From Candidatus Kaiserbacteria bacterium (GTDB lineage Bacteria > Patescibacteriota > Minisyncoccia > Phycocordibacterales > UBA918): a stretch of 64,000 bases of DNA. The DNA lies in NCBI GenBank assembly GCA_020428795.1, contig JAGQME010000002.1, positions 3,374-67,373 on the forward strand, read 5' to 3'. Below are positions 48,599 to 58,748 of the stretch, one piece after another. Position 1 is the first letter of the stretch. Each line of letters opens with the position of its first letter. The position numbers and the translations under genes were made by a program. A model generated the notes under the pieces. That model was not told the origin of the DNA. It saw nothing but the letters and a program-made list of their open reading frames with translations, and made no database searches.

Positions 48599-49135
48599 AT
48601 GAAACTCGATCTACAAATCGAAGGTTTGCTTTTTTATAAAGCCTCACCAATAAAGATAAAGGCTCTATCTAAACAATTGGCGGTTGAGGAGAGTGAGGTC
48701 AAGGTGGCGGCCGAGGCGCTCAAAGAGCGCCTCGGCCAAGGTGCCACCAGACTAATTATGACCGAGACTGATTTGGAATTAGTGACCGCCCCAGAGCTTG
48801 ACCCTCTAATTGAAACTATTCGTCGTGATGAAATGAAGCGTGACATTGGTAAAGCCGGCGCTGAGACTTTGGCTATTATTCTATACAAGGGTCCAGTCAC
48901 TCGTTCTGAGATAGACCGAGTTCGCGGTGTGAATTCATCTTTTATTCTCCGTAATCTACAGATCAGAGGTTTGGTAGCTAGGGTTCAGTCGGACCGAGGC
49001 AACGAATACAATATCACTCCAAATCTACTGGCTCACCTCGGAATTGAAAGCAAAAATGATCTACCGGAATACAGTAGTGTCTTAGACACCTTGGAAAAAT
49101 TTGAAGCAGAAGTTGCCAAGGAAGCCTCTGAATAA
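48599..49135 (+). CDS. scpB: segregation and condensation protein B
   Basis: IEGLLFYKASPIKIKAL N-terminal winged-helix and two wHTH repeats. The start is taken at MKLDLQ. Confidence 0.8.
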   Translation: MKLDLQIEGLLFYKASPIKIKALSKQLAVEESEVKVAAEALKERLGQGATRLIMTETDLELVTAPELDPLIETIRRDEMKRDIGKAGAETLAIILYKGPVTRSEIDRVRGVNSSFILRNLQIRGLVARVQSDRGNEYNITPNLLAHLGIESKNDLPEYSSVLDTLEKFEAEVAKEASE

Positions 49136-49146
49136 AAATAATAACT

Positions 49147-50187
49147 ATGGAAGAATCTACCACCGACAACCAAAACAACGACCCGATCACTCTACCGTCT
49201 CAAGCAGAGCCACAGGCCACTTCGGGTATACCGGTCACACCATCACTAATCATTCTTGGTGTTTTTATGTTTATCTTACTCGGTGGCGCTTTGACTCCAA
49301 AAGTAATTTCGTATTTCTCAGGCCAGAAAAATATCGAATCTACACCGATAATAAATAATGAAACAAACACCCTAAAACCCTTCACCAAGACCGAACAGGA
49401 TCTCGCCTACAGTGAGGTCAAGGTAAGGGCTCAATCAGCCTACGTATGGGATATAGCTAATCAGCAAGTCTTGTACGCCAAAAACGAGGCGGAGGTGCTA
49501 CCAATTGCTTCCATCACCAAGCTTATGACCGCACTCGTTGCTGACGAGATCCTAGCCAAAGACGAAACCGTAGCCATCGGGACTGAAGCCACCAGACAAG
49601 ACAGCCCGCTTGGTTTAGTCGCCGGACAATCTTACGACCGCCAATCCCTGACCGACCTCACTCTTATTTCCTCTGCCAACGACGGTGCTTACGCTTTGGC
49701 GGCCAGTGCTGGCAGTTTGTTGTCAAAAGAAAATCCGGCCGGCGCTTTTGTGGCGGCTATGAATGTCCGAGCTGAAGAAATCGGACTACACCAAACAGTT
49801 TTCAAAAACCCTACCGGTCTTGATATGTCGGCAAGTGAGGCAGGGGCGGTAAGTTCGGCCCGTGACGTGGCTTTTTTGATGGAATATATATTACAAAACG
49901 AACCGGACATCTTAACCTTCACCCAAGACGAGGAAGCTAGAATCTACTCAAATGAAGGTTCTTATATCGACGCCAACAATACCAACTTCTACATTGATGA
50001 AATACCCGGTCTACTTGGTTCAAAAACCGGTTACACCGACCTAGCCGGTGGTAATTTGGTAGTAGCCTACGATGCGGGCCTAAACCGACCGATTGTCGTA
50101 GTCGCTCTAGGCTCTACTCAGCACGAAAGATTTACCGATGTCATGAAACTTATAGAAGCCACCAACAACTTAATAAGTAAAGAATAA
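49147..50187 (+). CDS. D-alanyl-D-alanine carboxypeptidase (S11, PBP5/6-like)
   Basis: SITKLMT (SxxK), SSANDG (SxN) and KTGYT (KTG). There is an N-terminal TM/signal segment. Confidence 0.8.
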   Translation: MEESTTDNQNNDPITLPSQAEPQATSGIPVTPSLIILGVFMFILLGGALTPKVISYFSGQKNIESTPIINNETNTLKPFTKTEQDLAYSEVKVRAQSAYVWDIANQQVLYAKNEAEVLPIASITKLMTALVADEILAKDETVAIGTEATRQDSPLGLVAGQSYDRQSLTDLTLISSANDGAYALAASAGSLLSKENPAGAFVAAMNVRAEEIGLHQTVFKNPTGLDMSASEAGAVSSARDVAFLMEYILQNEPDILTFTQDEEARIYSNEGSYIDANNTNFYIDEIPGLLGSKTGYTDLAGGNLVVAYDAGLNRPIVVVALGSTQHERFTDVMKLIEATNNLISKE

Positions 50188-50194
50188 TATAGTT

Positions 50195-51256
50195 ATGGAA
50201 TCCATTTTACTAATCAAGGTATTTGCTCCAACGGCTCTGACTTTTTGTATTGGAATATTCATTACGCCAATTGTTACCCATTATTTATTTCAATATAAGG
50301 TTTGGAAGAAAGTCGGTGGCAAAACAGCTATCGGTGGGCAGGCGGCTGTGGAATTTAATCGACTAAAGGGAAGCAACGAAACAAAAACTCCTCGCATGGG
50401 TGGAATCGTAATCTGGGGAAGTGTCTTTATGACTGTCTCACTCCTGTTCACCCTAAAGACATTATTACCACACAGTATCTTTTCGCAACTGGATTTCTTT
50501 AGCCGTTCACAAACCTGGATTCCTTTATCAACCTTTGCGATTGGGGCTTTGATTGGTTTTTTAAATGATTATTATGATGTGACCCACACCGGTCGAGGAC
50601 TTACTTTGCGAGTCCGTGTCACTCTGACCACCATCTTGGCTGGAGCCATCGGTTGGTGGTTCTATTCCAAACTAGGGGTAGAGACAATCAATCTGCCTTT
50701 TGGTCACGAAATATTTCTTGGTATTTTGATTATTCCATTTTTTATTTTACTAACCAACGGACTCTACGCCAGCGGCGTCATCGACGGCATAGACGGCCTA
50801 GCTGGGGGAGTGTTTGCTTCGATTTTTGGAGCCTACGCCGGAGTGGCTTTTATCCAAGACCAATACGATATAGCCGCTCTCTCAGCCACTATTGCTGGTG
50901 GTGTCTTGGCTTTTTTGTGGTTCAACATTCCACCGGCTCGTTTTTGGATGACTGAAACCGGTACTATGGCTCTGACCCTGACTTTGGCGGTGATTGTTTT
51001 TATGACTGACAGCCTAGCGGATGGTCACGGGGTGTTTTTGTTATTTATCATCGGCCTACCTCTGATCGCTACTGTAACTTCAAATGTCTTGCAAATTTTG
51101 GCTAGAAAAGCTTTTAAGCGAAAATTATTTAGAATCGCACCCCTTCATCACCACTTTGAAGCCATCGGTTGGTCGAGCGAAAAAGTAACTATGCGCTACT
51201 GGGTAATCAGTATTATTTCCGCTGTAATTGGGATATCTTTAGTTGGTATCATCTGA
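50195..51256 (+). CDS. mraY: phospho-N-acetylmuramoyl-pentapeptide transferase
   Basis: NDYYDV and NGLYASGVIDGIDGLAGG motifs. It has ten TM helices. Confidence 0.9.
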   Translation: MESILLIKVFAPTALTFCIGIFITPIVTHYLFQYKVWKKVGGKTAIGGQAAVEFNRLKGSNETKTPRMGGIVIWGSVFMTVSLLFTLKTLLPHSIFSQLDFFSRSQTWIPLSTFAIGALIGFLNDYYDVTHTGRGLTLRVRVTLTTILAGAIGWWFYSKLGVETINLPFGHEIFLGILIIPFFILLTNGLYASGVIDGIDGLAGGVFASIFGAYAGVAFIQDQYDIAALSATIAGGVLAFLWFNIPPARFWMTETGTMALTLTLAVIVFMTDSLADGHGVFLLFIIGLPLIATVTSNVLQILARKAFKRKLFRIAPLHHHFEAIGWSSEKVTMRYWVISIISAVIGISLVGII

Positions 51257-51263
51257 TTTTAAT

Positions 51264-52358
51264 ATGCCTAAAAGTGTCGATAAAACCTTATTAGTTATTG
51301 TAGTGACCTTAGTGGTGATTGGCTTTCTGATTTTTTCTTCAGCCTCCTTAGGTCTATTAGCCAGAAGCGGAGCTCCCTTATCGTCCGTCGCTTTCAGCCA
51401 GCTGGTTTTTGGTTTGATTGGTGGCTCAATAGCGATGTTTATTACCAGTCAGATACATTATCGAAATTGGCGAAAATACGCCTTTTATATATTTTGTGCT
51501 TCTATACTTTTGACGCTACTGGTCTTTGTTGACGGAATTGGCTTTAGTCACGGCGGAGCCAGACGCTGGATTGTAATCGCCGGTTTTTCGATGCAACCGT
51601 CAGAAATATTAAAGATTGGATTTATTATCTATATTGCCACCTTTTTATCAGGTATACATAAAAATATTGACGATTTTAAGAAGAGTGTTATTCCATTTTT
51701 GTTAATAATCGGTGGGGTGGGGGTGGTAATGTTGCTTCAGCCGGACACCGACACTTTTATGCTAATGGGTATATCGGCCATGGCTATGTTTGCTACCGCT
51801 GGTGGTAAGTTGCGAGATATTTCTCTGATTGTCTTGTCGGCAGTGATTGTGCTGGCTATTTTAGCTATGACCAGACCTTACATTATGGATAGATTTACCA
51901 CCTTTCTTCACCCTGAGGCGGACCCACGTGGCTCTGGTTATCAAATTCAGCAATCCCTAATAGCAGTCGGGGGTGGGGGACTGGCCGGTCGTGGTTTTGG
52001 GCAAAGTGTCCAGAAATTTAATTTCCTACCAGAACCAATCGGTGACTCTATCTTCGCTGTTTACTCAGAAGAATTTGGGTTCCTAGGTAGCACGTTTTTG
52101 ATAATCCTTTTGGCTAGTTTTACTTTTCGGGGCTATCGTATTGCTAGCCATTCACTCGATGTCTTTGGTATGTTATTGGTGGTCGGATTTATGACCCTAA
52201 TTGTTGTTCAAGCCTTTTTGAATATCGCAGCCATGATTGGACTAGCTCCGCTCATGGGTCTACCGTTACCGTTTATTAGCCACGGCGGGACCGCCTTAAT
52301 GGCCACTTTGGCCTCGGTCGGAATTGTCTTAAATGTGTCAAAACATCAAAAAATCTAG
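51264..52358 (+). CDS. ftsW: SEDS-family peptidoglycan glycosyltransferase FtsW/RodA
   Basis: Polytopic membrane protein with PSEILKIGFIIYIATFLS and a C-terminal GG..LPFISHGG-like region. It sits between mraY and murG. The start is taken at MPKSV. Confidence 0.85.
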   Translation: MPKSVDKTLLVIVVTLVVIGFLIFSSASLGLLARSGAPLSSVAFSQLVFGLIGGSIAMFITSQIHYRNWRKYAFYIFCASILLTLLVFVDGIGFSHGGARRWIVIAGFSMQPSEILKIGFIIYIATFLSGIHKNIDDFKKSVIPFLLIIGGVGVVMLLQPDTDTFMLMGISAMAMFATAGGKLRDISLIVLSAVIVLAILAMTRPYIMDRFTTFLHPEADPRGSGYQIQQSLIAVGGGGLAGRGFGQSVQKFNFLPEPIGDSIFAVYSEEFGFLGSTFLIILLASFTFRGYRIASHSLDVFGMLLVVGFMTLIVVQAFLNIAAMIGLAPLMGLPLPFISHGGTALMATLASVGIVLNVSKHQKI

Positions 52359-52399
52359 TTCCAACATGATACACTTAAACATATATTTTATTTAGTATT

Positions 52400-53521
52400 A
52401 TGAAGCGAATCGTATTAGTTGGTGGGGGAACCGGTGGACATTTCTATCCCTTGATTGCCGTAGCTGAACACCTAAGAGCCCACACCGAAATAAGTTCACA
52501 GATGGATTTATATTATTTGGGTCCCAATCCTTATAATAAAACCGATCTCGATACTCATGGCATTAAATACGTTTGGTGTCCAGCTGGTAAAAGACGTAAA
52601 TATTTTTCGCCACTTAATGTAATTGATTTCTTTAAGAATATTATTGGTATATTCGTGGCCGTTTGGAAGCTATACGTAATTTACCCAGACCTTGTATTTA
52701 GCAAAGGTGGTTACACCAGTGTACCGGTGGTGTTGGCAGCTTGGTTTTTGCGGATCCCAATCGTCATCCATGAATCAGACAGTCGCCCTGGCAGTGCCAA
52801 CAAACTAGCCGCCAAATTTGCTAGATACATTGCTATTTCCTTTGATGAGGTAGCTGAATTTTTTCCCGCCCCTAAAACAGCTCTGACTGGCATCCCGATC
52901 CGAACTGAACTAACAGTACCAGTCACTAACCCAGCCGAGACGCTTGGTTTACCAACTGATAAACCAATTATTTTTGTCACCGGTGGCTCACTAGGAGCTG
53001 AGAGAATCAACTTCTTGATACTACAGACTCTCGATGAATTACTGCCTCACTTCACCATTATCCACCAGACCGGACCGGCCGAACAAGAAAAAGTAAAGAC
53101 GATGGCTGTCTCATTGATCAAAGACGAGGCTTTACTAGCCAACTACTTTATCAAAGGTAGCCTAACCGCCGCCGAAATGAATTGCGCCCAATTGGCCGCC
53201 GAACTAATAATCTCCCGAGCCGGTGCTGGTTCGATTTTTGAAATTGCTTACAAGAAAAAACCGTCGCTCTTGATACCAATACCGGAAGATATCAGCCACG
53301 ACCAAAGGTCAAACGCCTATGCCTACGCCCGTACTGGAGCGGCGGTGGTGCTGGAAGAGGGTAATCTAACCGACGGCTTGCTCACAACCGAAATATTGAA
53401 TATACTCAATAATCGTGAAAAATACGAAACTATGTCAAGAGCAGCCACCGAATTCACGACTGGCGATGCGGCCGAAAAGATACTAGCTTTAATGGTTGAG
53501 ATAGCTGACGAACACATATAA
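52400..53521 (+). CDS. murG: undecaprenyldiphospho-muramoylpentapeptide beta-N-acetylglucosaminyltransferase
   Basis: VLVGGGTGGHFYP N-terminal G-loop and GT28 C-terminal domain. Confidence 0.9.
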   Translation: MKRIVLVGGGTGGHFYPLIAVAEHLRAHTEISSQMDLYYLGPNPYNKTDLDTHGIKYVWCPAGKRRKYFSPLNVIDFFKNIIGIFVAVWKLYVIYPDLVFSKGGYTSVPVVLAAWFLRIPIVIHESDSRPGSANKLAAKFARYIAISFDEVAEFFPAPKTALTGIPIRTELTVPVTNPAETLGLPTDKPIIFVTGGSLGAERINFLILQTLDELLPHFTIIHQTGPAEQEKVKTMAVSLIKDEALLANYFIKGSLTAAEMNCAQLAAELIISRAGAGSIFEIAYKKKPSLLIPIPEDISHDQRSNAYAYARTGAAVVLEEGNLTDGLLTTEILNILNNREKYETMSRAATEFTTGDAAEKILALMVEIADEHI

Positions 53522-53524
53522 TCT

Positions 53525-54973
53525 ATGAACGATAAGATAATAACCAGATTTGCCCCGTCACCGACTGGGTTTATGCACATTGGCAGTATCAGAACCGCCT
53601 TGTTTGCTTACTTATACGCACGCAAAAACCACGGTGATTTTATTTTGAGAATCGAGGATACTGATAAGAGTCGGGAAGTAACAGGAGCGATTGAACACAT
53701 CCAAGAATCATTAGAGTGGCTTGGTATCAGTTGGGATTATGGACCAAACAAACCGGGTCCCTTTGGCTCTTGTATCCAGTCGGACCGATTGGATAGTTAT
53801 AGGAAGTACGCCAGAGTGCTTATTGATAAAGGTCTAGCCTACCCAGACCCCTACACGGCAGAAGAACTGGATGTTTTTAGACAACAAGCCAAGGACGCTA
53901 AGAAGCCATTTTTATACCGTCTGCACAGACCTGAATCTTTTGCTGAGTGGGATGGGACCAAGGCTTTGCGACTCAAGGTACCGGAGATAAAGCGCTACAC
54001 TTGGCATGACGAGGTGAGAGGGGAGTTGTCAGCTGGTGAAGAAATGCTCGATGATATTATCTTGATAAAAGCTGACGGCTACCCAACTTATAATTTTGCT
54101 CATATTATTGATGATCTTGAGATGGGAGTGACGCACATTATGCGAGGAGATGAGTTTATCTCCAGCACACCTAAATTCTTGAGTATTTATGACGCCCTTG
54201 GGATACCGTACCCAAAATTTGTCACATTACCACCAATCCTAAAGGACGATAAAAGCAAGAAGCTAGGGAAGCGAGATGGAGCTAAAGATATTTTAGACTA
54301 CCGTGAAGACGGTTATCTGCCAGAAACCATGCTTAATTTTTTGGCTTTAATCGGTTGGAATCCAGCTACTGAACAGGAATTTTTCTCACTTACTGAATTG
54401 ACAGAAGCCTTTTCTATAGACCATATCCAAAAGAGTGGGGGAGTCTTCAATAGTGAAAAGTTACTCTGGATGAATAAACGCTACCTAGACAAATTATCAA
54501 TAGAAGATTTTATCGAGTACCTAAAACCGGCGGTAGCGGAAACCATTTCTAAATTACCACTCTTTGACGAAGAAACTTATCATCGACTATTGCCAACCAT
54601 ACGAGAGAGAACCCACTTGCGCCAAGCCGTAAAAAACGAATTCGAAGCCGGGGAGTATGATTGGGTTTTTAAAGATATTGACCTTGATACTAAAATTTTG
54701 GCTTGGAAAAATGATTCTGGATTAAGTGACGTATTACCAAGACTCGAAAAACTCATAAATATCCTTGAAACCACAGATTTTTCCAGCCCTGAAGCCATTA
54801 AGGAAGCTGTCTGGCCTTACGCTGAAGAAATTGGACGAGGCGAGGTCCTGTGGCCAATGCGGGTAGCCATCACCGGTCGAGAAAAATCACCAGACCCCTT
54901 TAATTCTGCTTATATCATGGGAAAACCACAGACCCTAGAAAGACTTAAAAAAGCCTGTGCTAAAATAGTATAG
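53525..54973 (+). CDS. gltX: glutamyl-tRNA synthetase
   Basis: RFAPSPTGFMHIGSIRTALFAY (HIGH), RIEDTD, and a KLGKRDG KMSKS-equivalent. Confidence 0.9.
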   Translation: MNDKIITRFAPSPTGFMHIGSIRTALFAYLYARKNHGDFILRIEDTDKSREVTGAIEHIQESLEWLGISWDYGPNKPGPFGSCIQSDRLDSYRKYARVLIDKGLAYPDPYTAEELDVFRQQAKDAKKPFLYRLHRPESFAEWDGTKALRLKVPEIKRYTWHDEVRGELSAGEEMLDDIILIKADGYPTYNFAHIIDDLEMGVTHIMRGDEFISSTPKFLSIYDALGIPYPKFVTLPPILKDDKSKKLGKRDGAKDILDYREDGYLPETMLNFLALIGWNPATEQEFFSLTELTEAFSIDHIQKSGGVFNSEKLLWMNKRYLDKLSIEDFIEYLKPAVAETISKLPLFDEETYHRLLPTIRERTHLRQAVKNEFEAGEYDWVFKDIDLDTKILAWKNDSGLSDVLPRLEKLINILETTDFSSPEAIKEAVWPYAEEIGRGEVLWPMRVAITGREKSPDPFNSAYIMGKPQTLERLKKACAKIV

Positions 54974-54982
54974 AAGCAAAAT

Positions 54983-56281
54983 ATGTACAGTAGAGCATAC
55001 GTGGCCTTTATAGTTGGCCTTATGATTTTTCCGGTGATGTATTTCGGAGTTAATTCGGTATTTGCACAATCAGAATTGGAAAAACTACAAGACCAAATCT
55101 CTGATCGTACCAATCGTCTTGATGAAATCCAGAAGGAAATTGCTAAGTATGAAAGCGCCTTAAAAGAAGTGGGGGCTGAAAAAAACACCTTACAATCAGC
55201 TATCAACAAACTGGAACTCGAACGCAAAAAAATCCAAGCTGATATTAAATTCACTGAAAACAAAATTGAATCCACCGACCTGACCATCGACAAAATCTCA
55301 TACGAGATTAAAGAGACTGAAAAATCAATTGATACCAACGAAGACACCATTAAGCACGTCTTAAGGCAGATGAATATCTCTAACAACGAGTCTCTGATAG
55401 AGATATTATTACAGCATGACAACATCGCTGAGTTCTGGGACGAATTTGAAGCCCTTGAAACGGTTAGAGTCAGTATTGGTGAAAAGATAAATGAACTGTC
55501 GGACCTAAAAACGGCTTTAGAAAACAACCGTTCCTTAAACACCAGACAGAAAGAGCAATTGTTAAATCTTAAAAGTCAGTACGACGATCAGCAGACCATT
55601 TTATCTAATAACAAAGCCGAGAAAGCAGAGCTCTTATCGGCTACCAAAAACGAAGAGGCTAACTACCAACAATTACTAAAAGACAAACAAGCGGCCCGTG
55701 ATCGATTGATGGCGGAGGTAAGAGACATCGAATCTCAGATCAAGTTTATCCTAGATCCAAATACCATTCCAGCCAAAGGTACCGCTGTCTTTATTTGGCC
55801 ACTCGACAATCCAATTATTACACAGCGATTTGGCTACACTCAGTTTGCACTATCTGGTGCCTACAATGGCAGTCAGCACAATGGTATGGACCTAGGAGCC
55901 CCAATTGGAACTAAGATTTATGCTCCTTTGACCGGTACGGTTCGTATGACCGGTAACACCGATAGCGTACCGGGTTGTTACTCATGGGGTAAATGGGTTT
56001 TGATAGATCATCCTAATGGACTATCTAGCATGTTTGCACACTTGAGCCAGATCGCCGTCTCAGCTGGTCAAAAAGTTTCAACCGGGGACGTGGTGGGTTA
56101 CGTCGGTAACACTGGTTATTCAACCGGGCCACACCTACACTACACCTTATACGTAACTAAGGGAGTTCAAGTTATGCAGTTCAATCAATTTAAATCTGTG
56201 ACCGGCTGTGGGGCGGCTCTGTCACCATTTGCCGGTATCGATGCCTACCTTGATCCACTGGATTACTTACCTAAAATTTAA
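54983..56281 (+). CDS. M23-family peptidoglycan metalloendopeptidase with N-terminal coiled-coil (EnvC-like)
   Basis: Signal/TM N-terminus, ~250 aa of coiled coil, then HNGMDLGAPIGT (HxxxD) and GPHLHY (HxH). Confidence 0.8.
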   Translation: MYSRAYVAFIVGLMIFPVMYFGVNSVFAQSELEKLQDQISDRTNRLDEIQKEIAKYESALKEVGAEKNTLQSAINKLELERKKIQADIKFTENKIESTDLTIDKISYEIKETEKSIDTNEDTIKHVLRQMNISNNESLIEILLQHDNIAEFWDEFEALETVRVSIGEKINELSDLKTALENNRSLNTRQKEQLLNLKSQYDDQQTILSNNKAEKAELLSATKNEEANYQQLLKDKQAARDRLMAEVRDIESQIKFILDPNTIPAKGTAVFIWPLDNPIITQRFGYTQFALSGAYNGSQHNGMDLGAPIGTKIYAPLTGTVRMTGNTDSVPGCYSWGKWVLIDHPNGLSSMFAHLSQIAVSAGQKVSTGDVVGYVGNTGYSTGPHLHYTLYVTKGVQVMQFNQFKSVTGCGAALSPFAGIDAYLDPLDYLPKI

Positions 56282-56333
56282 TCAACCCAAAACTTACTGT
56301 GGGTACAAACAGAAAGTAACAGTAAGGTACGAC

Positions 56334-56389
56334 AAAAGCAATAAGCCGAGTCCTTATATTTAAATATAAGGACTCGGCTTATTGCTTTT
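56334..56389. terminator. 56-nt perfect palindrome (28-bp arms), probable bidirectional terminator
   Basis: aaaagcaataagccgagtccttatattt | aaatataaggactcggcttattgctttt, read directly, 50 nt after the M23 peptidase stop. Confidence 0.6.
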
Positions 56390-56443
56390 AATTTCATAGC
56401 TTAAAAGACTTAACAAAAATGAATCCAAAAATTCATTTCATCA

Positions 56444-56499
56444 CACCTCATCTATATATCATCATCTATATATCATTAATGATATATAGATGAGGTGTA
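56444..56499. repeat. inverted repeat with an internal tandem copy of catctatatatcat (alternative hairpin registers)
   Basis: acacctcatctatatatca ... tgatatatagatgaggtgt arms, with a second direct copy of the left arm core. Confidence 0.5.
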
Positions 56500-56650
56500 T
56501 AAAAGGTGGTCTAAAGGGTGAGGGTTAGTGACAGTTGGTACAACATAATCTAATAGCACCTACATATATCATATTCATTAGGCACTAAAATCTTTTAGAC
56601 TATCTTTACACCATCCCTAATTCTGATTTATAGAATAGAATTGATTAAAA

Positions 56651-56692
56651 AGCCAACTGAAACTTACAGCTAGCTGTAAGTTTCAGTTGGCT
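56651..56692. repeat. 42-nt perfect, loop-less palindrome (agccaactgaaacttacagct|agctgtaagtttcagttggct)
   Basis: Read directly. Confidence 0.55.
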
Positions 56693-56849
56693 TAGTTTGT
56701 AAACATGCGAATTTAAAGTTACGACCATACCATCACAAACATGACCAAAAGCAGAGTCACTCGCTTTTTAATCTGATTAACTAATTCAATTAACGTAGAC
56801 TATCTAACCTTATCTACTACCAAAAGACCCAGTAAGGGAAGTGGGCTAG

Positions 56850-56896
56850 AACAACAAACCCATTTTGCAAATCATTTGCAAAATGGGTTTGTTGTT
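56850..56896. repeat. 47-nt palindrome with 23-bp arms (aacaacaaacccattttgcaaat c atttgcaaaatgggtttgttgtt)
   Basis: Read directly. Confidence 0.55.
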
Positions 56897-57383
56897 GAGA
56901 TAGGTAATCTAGGTGGTCCAGATAGACAAAATAGAGTTAGTTAGAGTTAGCTATATAAAAAATAAAACTTAAAAAGCGCAAAGACTGAGCGCAATCTAGA
57001 GATTGTTAGAAATGACTCTAAACTAAACCACAAGTATTTAAACGCCTTAGAAGCCAATTTTAAGCCTCATAACTAAGAGCCTGAATTCATAATAATAACA
57101 AAAGCTAGTATAATATTATCCGTCGTAAAAGATATATTGTGCGACATTAAGGAATATAAATGTTATTTAAGCTAGCCATACTTCTCTACCGATTCTCCAT
57201 CAGAAATGTGTGATCGGATTATTTAATCAACTACCAGACAATTACCTCACTCGACTACGTACATCATTCATCTATAGTCACCAATCTTTATCTGGTCAGT
57301 TGTCGTTTATATAAACCTGTAGGGTTTTAGCTCTTAGGTAACAAAGAGGTCATCACTCTCTCCCCCGCTTTTTTCTTATGGTA

Positions 57384-58169
57384 TTAGTCGGCTAGTAATT
57401 TACCTCCCAACAAAGTTTCAATTACCGAATCATAGGCCGGCTGGTGTTTGGTCAATTTAATATTCCGAGTCCCATTAGTAGTCAGTTTGCTTCGATGCTC
57501 AGGGTGATTGGTTAAATAGTCAGCCAGTTTGGCTGGCACTATTTCATCTTGCGAGAAGACTTTTATTTTTTCTTGGTAGCGATTCTTGATTCCCTCCTTC
57601 AAAACTGTGTAATGGGTACAGCCCAAAATAATGGAGTCGATACTATTTACAAGAGCTTCATCTACACTGGCAAACACCGCTGTCAAAGCCAGCTCCAGTT
57701 GACCATCTTCAATCAATGGCACCAGAAGTGGTGTCGCCTCTTTATACAGGATTGGTTTACGAGAAAACTTATCCAGTTCTTTTTGGTACTTACCAGAACT
57801 AACGGTCCTTTCGGTACCAATCAAAAATGTTTTAGCGACCCTAGCTTCAATCAATGATTCTATAGTCGGAATAATTACTCCTAAAATTCGGCGGTCCGGA
57901 TAATTTTCGACTAAGTAGGTATCTTGCAGACGACGCAAAGTCTCAGCTGAAGCCGTATTACAGGCAATAATAATAATTTGACAATCCTTCTCAAATAGAG
58001 ACTCCACTCCTATCTTGGTCAGATTGTAGATTTGCTCTTCGGTCTTATCACCATAGGGCAAATTAGCGGTATCACCATAAAATTCATAATCGTACTGAGG
58101 CAACAGCTCTACAATTGCTTTCAATATAGTTAACCCACCAAGACCAGAATCAAACACACCGATTTTCAT
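57384..58169 (-). CDS. murI: glutamate racemase
   Basis: KIGVFDSGLGGLTIL, IIIACNTASA and LGCTHY motifs. Confidence 0.9.
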   Translation of the reverse strand: MKIGVFDSGLGGLTILKAIVELLPQYDYEFYGDTANLPYGDKTEEQIYNLTKIGVESLFEKDCQIIIIACNTASAETLRRLQDTYLVENYPDRRILGVIIPTIESLIEARVAKTFLIGTERTVSSGKYQKELDKFSRKPILYKEATPLLVPLIEDGQLELALTAVFASVDEALVNSIDSIILGCTHYTVLKEGIKNRYQEKIKVFSQDEIVPAKLADYLTNHPEHRSKLTTNGTRNIKLTKHQPAYDSVIETLLGGKLLAD

Positions 58170-58191
58170 ACCAATATTATATCGCTAATTA

Positions 58192-58677
58192 TTAACCAAC
58201 TTCAGCCAATGCTTTTACAGCTTCATATTGCTCCTTACTTATTTCAAAAACTGACAGTCTGTTTCCTCTACTAACCAGCCTACTATCCTTCATTACTGGC
58301 AAAGACTTTATATCTTTAAGTAAAATTATCTGGTTGTACTTTTCTATGAATTTAACATCAAGACAAAGCCAAGTCGGATCATCCTTACTTGATTTGGGAT
58401 CGAAGTGACTGTCTTTTTTATTGAACTGAGTCAGATCGGCGTAAGCCTGACTAATCACCTCCATCTCCCCTGCTACCCCAATCGAATCTGAACTAGAATG
58501 ATAAAACAAAGCAATATCGCCAACTGAAATTTCATCTCTGATTAAATTCCGAACCTGATAATTACGTATACCGTCCCAACTCGTTTTTCTCTGTTTTTTT
58601 AAGTCATCAATGGAGAAAGCACTGGGTTCACTTTTCATTACCCAATAACGTCTGACCTGTTTATTAGTAGCAGTCAT
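58192..58677 (-). CDS. EVE-domain (PUA-like) protein
   Basis: RRYWVMKSEPSAFSIDDL...WDGIRNYQVRNLIRDEISVGDIALFYHS is the canonical EVE N-terminus. The start is taken at MTATNKQ, 40 codons inside the ORF-track ORF. Confidence 0.6.
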   Translation of the reverse strand: MTATNKQVRRYWVMKSEPSAFSIDDLKKQRKTSWDGIRNYQVRNLIRDEISVGDIALFYHSSSDSIGVAGEMEVISQAYADLTQFNKKDSHFDPKSSKDDPTWLCLDVKFIEKYNQIILLKDIKSLPVMKDSRLVSRGNRLSVFEISKEQYEAVKALAEVG

Positions 58678-58707
58678 TCGATAAGTATACAAGAAATATC
58701 TCAGATA

Positions 58708-58737
58708 GAAAAAACTCCCCTTTAGGGGAGTTTTTTC
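58708..58737. terminator. bidirectional terminator (gaaaaaactcccc-ttta-ggggagtttttt)
   Basis: 12-bp stem flanked by A- and T-runs, lying between the lytic-transglycosylase-like gene and the EVE gene. Confidence 0.65.
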
Positions 58738-58748
58738 TATGGAGAATT

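Noticed and set aside
54910-55542. 210-aa minus-strand ORF
   Set aside because: Antisense to the coiled-coil region of the M23 peptidase gene. Serine/Leu-rich low complexity is typical of reverse-frame artefacts.
57140-57175. dif-like XerCD site (ggaatataaatgttatttaag)
   Set aside because: It has only loose similarity to dif consensus arms. AT-rich sequence produces such matches readily. GC-skew and Xer-site models are required.
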